From Planctomycetota bacterium (GTDB lineage: Bacteria > Planctomycetota > B15-G4 > JADJEK01), in contig JBGAIQ010000004.1 of assembly GCA_044225365.1 (NCBI GenBank), positions 1-64,000 of the forward strand: a DNA stretch of 64,000 bases, in the 5' to 3' direction. The translations under genes and the position numbers were made by a program. This document shows, one piece after another, positions 57,315 through 64,000 of the stretch. Below the pieces are notes generated by a model that was not told the DNA's origin, ran no database searches, and saw only the letters and a list, made by a program, of their open reading frames with translations. Numbering within the stretch: position 1 is the first letter of the stretch; each line of letters begins with the position of its first letter.

Positions 57315-58820
57315 ATGACGGAAGGCGAGCGACCCCCAAATTCGACGTCCCTGGACTTCGCGACGCTCCGGCGCGAGGCCGGAGGGACCGTCTACCTGGC
57401 GGCGCTCTGGAGCAGCGTTCCGATGTTCGGCGGGTTCTACCTGCTCGCGAAGATCGCGCCGGTCGCCGACGACCTGCATTCGCGCGGTGATTCCGGACTC
57501 TGGCTCTATGCGACGCTGTTCGCCGTGTTGTCGGGGTCGGGCGTGTTGCCCACCTACGCCATCTCCGCACTGGGAGGCTGGGTCTTCGGCTTCGAACGCG
57601 GCGCCGTTGGGGCGATGACGGGGATCACCTGCGGCGCCGTCGTCGGCTTCCTGATCTCTCGTCTCGTCTCGCACCAACAGGTCCGGGCCCTCGTCGACCG
57701 TCATCCGCAGGCCGCGATCGTGCGCCGTGCGCTCCTCGAACGCAGCGGCTTCGCCTCGCTACCCATCCTCGCGCTCCTGCGGATCCCGCCGAACATGCCC
57801 TTCGCGCTGTCGAATCTCGCCATGGCGAGCGCGGGCGCGAAGTTCGTCCCCTATGCGCTCGGAGCCCTGCTCGGCACTGCGCCGCGCACTCTCGTCGCGG
57901 TCTACCTCGCGGCGAGCGCGGCCTCCACCGGCGCCAAGGACATCCAGGCCTTCACGAAGAGCGGCGAAGGCAAGACGATGCTCGTCGCCGGCATCGTGAT
58001 TTTCTTCGGCGTCGTCTGGATCATCCAGCGCATCGGCAAGTCGGCGCTCGATCGCGCGCTCTTGAAGGATGCGGCGACCCGCGGGCCCTCTGAAGGAACC
58101 TGGTGGGCCCGATCGTTCGACCATTCGTATCTGCAGCGCTACGCGCATCGCGACGAGGCCGAGGCGAAACGGATGCTCGCCACCTTCGCGACCGTCGTCG
58201 ACTTCCATCGCGGTCCCATCCTCGATCTCTGCTGCGGCGCGGGGCGGCACTCCTCGCTGTTGCGGCAGGAGGGATCGCGGGTCTTCTCCCTCGACTACTC
58301 GATCGAACTCCTCGCGGCGGGCCGCGAGCGGGATCCGGCGCTCCGACTCACGCGGGGGGACATGCGGCGCCTGCCCTATCGCGATCGCGCGTTTCTCGGT
58401 GTGGTCCATCTGTTCACCGCTTTTGGGTACTTCGAGAGCGATGCCGAGAATCGCGGCGTACTCGACGAAGTCGCACGCGTCGTCGAGCCCGGCGGCTTCT
58501 ACGTGCTCGATCTCTTCAATGCGACGCTCGCGATCGGAAGCGCGACCGAGGGTGGCGGCAAGTCGGAGCGCAAGCTCGACGACGGCTCGATCGTCCGCGA
58601 GCAGCGTTCGTACGATCCCATCCGCAAGCGCGTCGAAAAGACGATGTCGAGCGGGACGCAGACTCGATTCGAGAGCGTTCGAGTGTTCGAGGAGAGCGAA
58701 CTGCGCGGGTGGTTCGAGGCGGCAGGCTTCGTCGTCGAACGAGTGCTCGGGGATTACGAGGGCGGAGCGTACGACGTCGCGGGATCCCCGCGGATGATCA
58801 TCGTGGCGCGACGGCGCTGA
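57315..58820 (+). CDS. VTT/DedA (TVP38/TMEM64) membrane domain fused to a class I SAM methyltransferase
   Basis: GGWVFG..G..GA..GF..SR, LLRIPPNMPFALSN; then WW..F..YL..YAHRD, LDLCCGAGRH, GDMRRLP, LFTAFGYF. Confidence 0.82.
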   Translation: MTEGERPPNSTSLDFATLRREAGGTVYLAALWSSVPMFGGFYLLAKIAPVADDLHSRGDSGLWLYATLFAVLSGSGVLPTYAISALGGWVFGFERGAVGAMTGITCGAVVGFLISRLVSHQQVRALVDRHPQAAIVRRALLERSGFASLPILALLRIPPNMPFALSNLAMASAGAKFVPYALGALLGTAPRTLVAVYLAASAASTGAKDIQAFTKSGEGKTMLVAGIVIFFGVVWIIQRIGKSALDRALLKDAATRGPSEGTWWARSFDHSYLQRYAHRDEAEAKRMLATFATVVDFHRGPILDLCCGAGRHSSLLRQEGSRVFSLDYSIELLAAGRERDPALRLTRGDMRRLPYRDRAFLGVVHLFTAFGYFESDAENRGVLDEVARVVEPGGFYVLDLFNATLAIGSATEGGGKSERKLDDGSIVREQRSYDPIRKRVEKTMSSGTQTRFESVRVFEESELRGWFEAAGFVVERVLGDYEGGAYDVAGSPRMIIVARRR

Positions 58821-58897
58821 CTGCGGTCTGGTTTGGCATTACGAGATCAGTAGGATTCCGGGCCGCGACTCGTCGACCTTGGAGAAGGATGCACTGC

Positions 58898-59659
58898 ATG
58901 GCCTCGAACATCGGCTCCACGGAGCCCGCGCCGACCCGACCGATCGAGCTCACGGTCGGCGGCTTCCTCGAACGCGCCCTACGAATCTGGGGTGAGAATT
59001 GGGTCGCGGCGGCTGTCTGCGCGATCTGCCTCGGAATCCCCTACTCGATCATCAACCTGCTCTCGCAGGATGCTCGACACAAGAACTTCATCGTGAGTCT
59101 GGCGTTGATGATCGTCGGCCTCGTGATGAACCAGCTCGTGACTGCGATGCTCATGCTCTTCACGATGAGATCGCTCCAGGGAAAGAAGGCGAGCTTCGGG
59201 GAGGCGCAACAACTCGCGCTCAAACGCTTCTTCCCGCTGCTCGGCACCAGCATGCTCTATGGCTTCATCATCGCCATTGGAATTCTGCTGCTGATCATTC
59301 CAGGCATCATCTTTGGACTCTGGTACGCCGTTGCCATCCCGGTGGCCGTCATGGAATCGAAGAGTGGAATGGGTGCGCTCGAACGGAGCAAGGAGCTCAC
59401 GGACGGATATCGCGGGCCGATCGCAATCACGTTCTTCGTCGTCTCCGTCGTGGCGCTGCTCGTCGGTATGCTTCCAACCATGTTCTTGAACTCGGCGCTC
59501 ACCCCATTGATTGGAGGGGTGGGAGTGACGATTCTCTCCACGGTCGTCCAGCTCTTCCTGGGCACGGTGAGCTCCGTTCTGATGTGCACGATCTACTTCG
59601 CGCTTCGGACGAAGAAGGAAGGCCTCAGCGTGAGCGCACTGGAAGACGTCTTCGCCTGA
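58898..59659 (+). CDS. Integral membrane protein (YciC / glycerophosphodiesterase membrane-domain-like)
   Basis: About 6 TM helices, GILLLIIPGI, ALERSKELTDG, YFALRTKKEG; start placed at MASNIG. Confidence 0.75.
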   Translation: MASNIGSTEPAPTRPIELTVGGFLERALRIWGENWVAAAVCAICLGIPYSIINLLSQDARHKNFIVSLALMIVGLVMNQLVTAMLMLFTMRSLQGKKASFGEAQQLALKRFFPLLGTSMLYGFIIAIGILLLIIPGIIFGLWYAVAIPVAVMESKSGMGALERSKELTDGYRGPIAITFFVVSVVALLVGMLPTMFLNSALTPLIGGVGVTILSTVVQLFLGTVSSVLMCTIYFALRTKKEGLSVSALEDVFA

Positions 59660-59680
59660 GGTATCGGGCTCGATCGTCCG

Positions 59681-60550
59681 TCACGACGCTTTCGATTCCT
59701 TGCGTTTCCCAAGCACGATGTCGTGCTCGAGATGCGCACGCTGCGCCGCATAGAAGTCGCGCAGGAATTGCCGGTGATTCGCGACGTCGCCCTTGTATCC
59801 GATCTTGTTACGAATCTTCTCCGAGACGGCGACGAGTTGCTTCTTGTTCACGTCCGTCGCGGCGTGCAACAAGTCCTCGAGCACCTGCAGTTCGTAGATT
59901 CCGTAGATCGATAACTGCTCCCGCGTGAACGTATGCTCGAACTCGGCCCGTCGCGGACGGCCGAGTTCCTGCAGGAGCACCGCCGCGGGCGCCGCCACGA
60001 CGATCGTGCCCCCCAGGAGATCCCCCACCCGCAATCTTGAACGCAGGAACAGCGGCGGAATCATCGCGAGGATCACGACCGCAATGAGGAAGGCCGTCGA
60101 GCCGACGTGACTCTCCGACTTGTCGCGCGCATTCAGCGTGATCATCAACGCGGGAATTGCGAATTCGAAGTTACGGGTCAGATTCCGCGCAACGACTCCC
60201 TCGACGCGAAGCGCGCCACCCGAGCGGCTCATGACCCGAATGTGGAGTCGGCGTTTACCCGGAGTGGCCCCGCCGGGCTGCGACTCGAAGTAGATGAAGT
60301 AGCCATTCCAGATGAGGAACAAGGCGACGATGAATATCACGCTGAACATGCCGGATCCGGCGCCGCCCGTAGCGGCCACCCCGACGATCGTCAGAATGGT
60401 AACGACGATCATGGCGACGACGATCATGGCCGTGTCGTAGATCAGTGCACCGATGCGCTCGGCCGCGGCAGGGATTCGTAGTTCCAACGCGACCCCCTCC
60501 GGCGTGACGAGAGGGTGGAACCTCCTGACGGCTTCCGCCGATTCAGACAT
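59681..60550 (-). CDS. RDD family membrane protein
   Basis: TPEGV, ERIGALIYD, YFIYFE, TPGKR, ARNL, RVGDLLGGTIVV. Confidence 0.88.
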   Translation of the reverse strand: MSESAEAVRRFHPLVTPEGVALELRIPAAAERIGALIYDTAMIVVAMIVVTILTIVGVAATGGAGSGMFSVIFIVALFLIWNGYFIYFESQPGGATPGKRRLHIRVMSRSGGALRVEGVVARNLTRNFEFAIPALMITLNARDKSESHVGSTAFLIAVVILAMIPPLFLRSRLRVGDLLGGTIVVAAPAAVLLQELGRPRRAEFEHTFTREQLSIYGIYELQVLEDLLHAATDVNKKQLVAVSEKIRNKIGYKGDVANHRQFLRDFYAAQRAHLEHDIVLGKRKESKAS

Positions 60551-61556
60551 TTCGACCCCCCTTCGCTCGTCGGCCTGCGAGACCGAAATAGGACAACCAG
60601 AAGCAGGCGGTGAGCAACGCGACTCCGTATCGAACGTCGATGTCCTGCTCCACTTGACGGAAGATGCCCTCGATCAAACCCGCGATGAGGAGCATCCCCG
60701 TGACTCCCAGCATGGCGCGTGCGCCGCGCTGACCCTCCTCCACGATCGCGTCGATCCGCCGTTTCTCGCGGGGAAAGAGCATGGCCTTGCCAATGGCCAA
60801 CCCGGAGGCTGCCGCGATGCAGATCGCGAGCAACTCCGTGATCCCGTGAGGCAGGATCCAACCCCAGAAATCCTTCGCGAAGCCGCGAGTCGAGAAGACA
60901 GAAGCCAGAGCTCCAAGGCCGGATCCGGTGACGAGGAGCAACGGGAGGATCGGGATTCCGGCGGCGATACCGAGGGAGAAGGCGAGGATGGCCACATTCG
61001 TATTATGAGTGAACAGGAACGCGGCGAACGAACCAAGGGACCCGTGAAATTCCTTCAGTGCCGGATACAACGTACTTCTCAGTTCCTCCGTGGTCGCGAG
61101 TGGATCACGCCCTGCGGCGAGCCCCGGATCGATGAAAGCGTAATAGAGTTCCGGATCCCTTGCGGTCTCGACGAAACCCAACACCACCCCAGCGGCGATC
61201 GTCGACGCAGACAGGACGAGCCGACCCCCCTGCTCTCGAACCGCCCGCGGAAAGTCCGTCGTGATGAACCGCATTACGGTCGCGAGCCCGTTTCCGCGAG
61301 AGCCGTACACACAGCAATAAGCTCGGGCCCCGAGCGCCTCGAGATACTCGATGAGGTTGCGATCGAGCGAGATCGCGCGCGCGACCGAGAGCCCGGACAT
61401 CACCGTTCGATAGAGCTTGGGGAGCTCGATGATCTCGCCTGGCGCGAGCGAGCGGACTCCGTCCTTCTCGAACTTCCCGATGATCGACTGGAGACGTCGC
61501 CACTTCGCCTCCCGTTCTCTTCGGAACACGACGCTCTTCGGTGCTTGCGAATTCAT
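60543..61556 (-). CDS. Stage II sporulation protein M (SpoIIM/DUF95) family membrane protein
   Basis: FTHNTNVA, ILPHGITEL, AGLIEG; ATG overlaps the DUF58 stop. Confidence 0.88.
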   Translation of the reverse strand: MNSQAPKSVVFRREREAKWRRLQSIIGKFEKDGVRSLAPGEIIELPKLYRTVMSGLSVARAISLDRNLIEYLEALGARAYCCVYGSRGNGLATVMRFITTDFPRAVREQGGRLVLSASTIAAGVVLGFVETARDPELYYAFIDPGLAAGRDPLATTEELRSTLYPALKEFHGSLGSFAAFLFTHNTNVAILAFSLGIAAGIPILPLLLVTGSGLGALASVFSTRGFAKDFWGWILPHGITELLAICIAAASGLAIGKAMLFPREKRRIDAIVEEGQRGARAMLGVTGMLLIAGLIEGIFRQVEQDIDVRYGVALLTACFWLSYFGLAGRRAKGGRNV

Positions 61557-62890
61557 CCGACGAGCTCCCGGCGACGAATGGCTACATAGAGATTGAGAAG
61601 ACGCGCCGAGATCTGGCTCCAATGTGTATCGATACAGTGAACGCCCGCCGACTGCAGGGTACGCAAGACGATCTCGCGATCCCGCACGAGGTCGTCGGCC
61701 ACCGTCGCACGGGCGATATCGATCAGGGTTGGCGGAGGAGCATCGGCATCCGTCCCATTCCCTGCATCGCGTAACTCCTCGAGCAGCGGATCCCGCAGCG
61801 CGACGAATAGGACGACGTGCTTCCGCGCAAGCCGCGAGAGGTGGTCCGTCATCAATTCTGCGGTGACCGTGTCGACGAAGTCGGTGAGAACGACGACGAC
61901 CGAACGTCGCTTCAGCCGACCCGAGAGCTCCGTGATCGCAAGAGTGAAGTTCGATTCCACGCTCGCGTACTCGATGCCGGCGACGGCCTGTCGCAGGCGA
62001 TGCCAGGCGCGCTTGCCGCCGCTCGCTTCGACGTAGCTACGCGGGCGCGAATCGAACGCATAGAAACCCACTCGATCGCCGCCTCTCAGGGCGACGACGC
62101 CGAGTGCGAGAGCCGCTGCGGCGGCCCGATCGATTCGGGGAACGCCATCGAGCGGTTCACACATCAGTCGACCGCAGTCGAGTGCGAGCACGACCTGGTG
62201 GTTTCGCTCCTCGTGGAATTCCCGCATGAGGATCTTGCGGTGGCGGGCAGAGCTCTTCCAGTCGATGAGTCGCGTGTCGGCGCCTGCGAAGAACTCGCGC
62301 AGGGCGTGGAATTCCGAACCGCCCCCGAGAAACCGCGATCGTTGCTCGGTGACTTCGAAGGTCGGCGACGCGAGGAACGCGAGCGCCTCGTCCTTCGCCC
62401 GCTTGACGTCCGGAACCACGGGAAGCTCGATCGAAACGGGACGCTTGCCGAACACGGCCATGAATCCGAGCGGACCCTTCGTGCCCGTCCAAGCCTCGAC
62501 CACGCTCGCTCGGCCGCGACGGCTCGCCAGGAGATCCACTTCGATCACTCGATCGTCGGCTCCCAGGAGTTCGACGGCGAATTCCGGGATCACGCCGAGT
62601 TCACCCTCGACCTCGAGGCGACATCGCACCGGATAGCTGCGGTCTCGCGGATCGTGCAGACGGACGACGAGGCTCTCCCTGCGCCCGACGAGGAGCTCGG
62701 GTGGCGCGTCGAATTCGATCTCGAGCTGTGAAGGCCGAGGACAGAGAATGCCGTCGATCGCGGGCAAGAGCAGGCAGGCGACGAACCACGCGAGCCACAG
62801 GATCGAGAACCATGACGGCGCGAGTGCGACGCCGATCCCGAGCGGGATCAGACATGCGAACAGGATCATGGTGCGAAGGGTCGGGTGCAT
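61553..62890 (-). CDS. DUF58 domain protein (VWA-like MoxR partner)
   Basis: EFHALREF..GAD.R.IDWKSSAR, LDCGRLM, GDRVG, VLTDF. Confidence 0.9.
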   Translation of the reverse strand: MHPTLRTMILFACLIPLGIGVALAPSWFSILWLAWFVACLLLPAIDGILCPRPSQLEIEFDAPPELLVGRRESLVVRLHDPRDRSYPVRCRLEVEGELGVIPEFAVELLGADDRVIEVDLLASRRGRASVVEAWTGTKGPLGFMAVFGKRPVSIELPVVPDVKRAKDEALAFLASPTFEVTEQRSRFLGGGSEFHALREFFAGADTRLIDWKSSARHRKILMREFHEERNHQVVLALDCGRLMCEPLDGVPRIDRAAAAALALGVVALRGGDRVGFYAFDSRPRSYVEASGGKRAWHRLRQAVAGIEYASVESNFTLAITELSGRLKRRSVVVVLTDFVDTVTAELMTDHLSRLARKHVVLFVALRDPLLEELRDAGNGTDADAPPPTLIDIARATVADDLVRDREIVLRTLQSAGVHCIDTHWSQISARLLNLYVAIRRRELVG

Positions 62891-62909
62891 GGATTCGATC
62901 GACCGATCG

Positions 62910-63863
62910 TCACCTCGGCGCGGTGACGCGATTCAGGATCTCCTCGACGATCGACGCGGCGGACGCTCCCTCGATCTCGGCAGCGGGCGATATCACGATC
63001 CGGTGTCGGAGAAGCGGGGTTGCGAGTCGTTTCACGTCGTCCGGGATCACGAAGTCACGTCCTTGGATCACGGCATGAGCTCGCGACGCGGCGGCGAGCA
63101 TGTTGAGAGCGCGTGGCGAAGCGCCGAGCTGCAGGGCCGAGTGCTCGCGTGTCGCGCGAATGACATCCACTGCGTAGTCGAGGATCTCGTCGGTGGCCTT
63201 CACCTCCCGCACGGTCGCGCGCGCGGCCTCGAGACCCTGTAGGTCCAAGACGGATTCGATCTGTTCCAGCTGTGTCTCGCTGCGAAACGCGCCGCCGTGC
63301 TTTCGCACCATGGCGCGCTCCTGATCGCGTGTCGGATATCCGATCTCGATCTTGAAGAGGAAGCGGTCGAGCTGCGCCTCGGGAAGCGGATAGGTTCCTT
63401 CGTGCTCGACGGGATTCTGGGTCGCCACGACGATGAAACCCGCGCCGAGCGCGTGCGTCTTGCCGTCGAGCGAGACGGCTCGTTCCTGCATCGCCTGGAG
63501 CAGAGCGGACTGCGTCTTCGGCGGCGCCCGATTGATCTCGTCGGCGAGCAGGAACTCCGTGAAGATCGGGCCCTTGGTCAACGTGAACTGATTCGTCCCG
63601 AAGTTGAAGAGATTGGTGCCGACGATGTCCGCGGGCATCAGATCGGGCGTGAACTGGATGCGGCGATACTCGAGATTCAGACACCGCGACAACGACTTGG
63701 CGAGCAGCGTCTTCGCCGTCCCGGGCGGACCTTCGAGCAGGACGTGGCCTTCGGCCAGGAGCGCGACGACGATGAGATCGATCGCTTCTTCGAGGCCGAC
63801 CAGCACCTTGCCGAGTTGCTCGCGCACGCGAGCAACGGCGTTATCGATCGAGAGACGGTCCAC
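62910..63863 (-). CDS. moxR: MoxR family AAA+ ATPase
   Basis: [64 protein letters not shown]. Confidence 0.95.
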   Translation of the reverse strand: MDRLSIDNAVARVREQLGKVLVGLEEAIDLIVVALLAEGHVLLEGPPGTAKTLLAKSLSRCLNLEYRRIQFTPDLMPADIVGTNLFNFGTNQFTLTKGPIFTEFLLADEINRAPPKTQSALLQAMQERAVSLDGKTHALGAGFIVVATQNPVEHEGTYPLPEAQLDRFLFKIEIGYPTRDQERAMVRKHGGAFRSETQLEQIESVLDLQGLEAARATVREVKATDEILDYAVDVIRATREHSALQLGASPRALNMLAAASRAHAVIQGRDFVIPDDVKRLATPLLRHRIVISPAAEIEGASAASIVEEILNRVTAPR

Positions 63864-63999
63864 TCGTGATCTCCTTCTGCCAACGCCGTAGTTCCGCGAT
63901 CGCGTCGAGAACGCGTCGTTCGTCGGACCGCCATTTGATCCTCGTGTCCTCGAACGCCTCGAGCCAGCGATCGAGATCGAATTCCATTTCTCGAGCGCG
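63841..63999 (-). CDS. 3' end of the upstream gene of the MoxR operon (possibly DUF4350-type; partial)
   Basis: Open frame ..[31 protein letters not shown] overlapping the moxR start; family guessed from context only. Confidence 0.55.
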   Translation of the reverse strand, partial: RAREMEFDLDRWLEAFEDTRIKWRSDERRVLDAIAELRRWQKEITSGPSLDR

Positions 64000-64000
64000 C

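Overview
High-GC chromosomal segment, most likely from an uncultured Planctomycetota lineage. This is inferred from a planctomycete-type cytochrome c domain, a Ser/Thr kinase-FGE fusion with a DWG motif, and many FG-GAP/SBBP secreted proteins. About 40 real CDSs are supported; the many long Arg-rich overlapping ORFs are antisense or off-frame shadows. No rRNA, tRNA, CRISPR array, transposase or phage gene was recognised. Main points: (1) six unrelated secreted proteins end in the same ~120-130 aa C-terminal domain, a candidate sorting/anchoring signal; (2) an ArmA/Rmt-family 16S rRNA m7G1405 methyltransferase is translationally coupled to a divergent TGT with an altered base-binding pocket (GGWP); (3) a secreted protein has lamin-tail-, dockerin- and cohesin-like domains; (4) a SAM-I/IV-like riboswitch precedes metB and an ACT-less AK-HSDH; (5) two radical SAM genes converge on a methyltransferase/SGNH pair; (6) cusBA occurs without cusC; (7) a DedA-methyltransferase fusion; (8) a MoxR-DUF58-SpoIIM-RDD cluster. 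Non-coding or repeat features include a REP-like cluster, a 35-bp tandem array and a 51-bp in-frame duplication. All family calls come from motif recognition by eye, not database searches.
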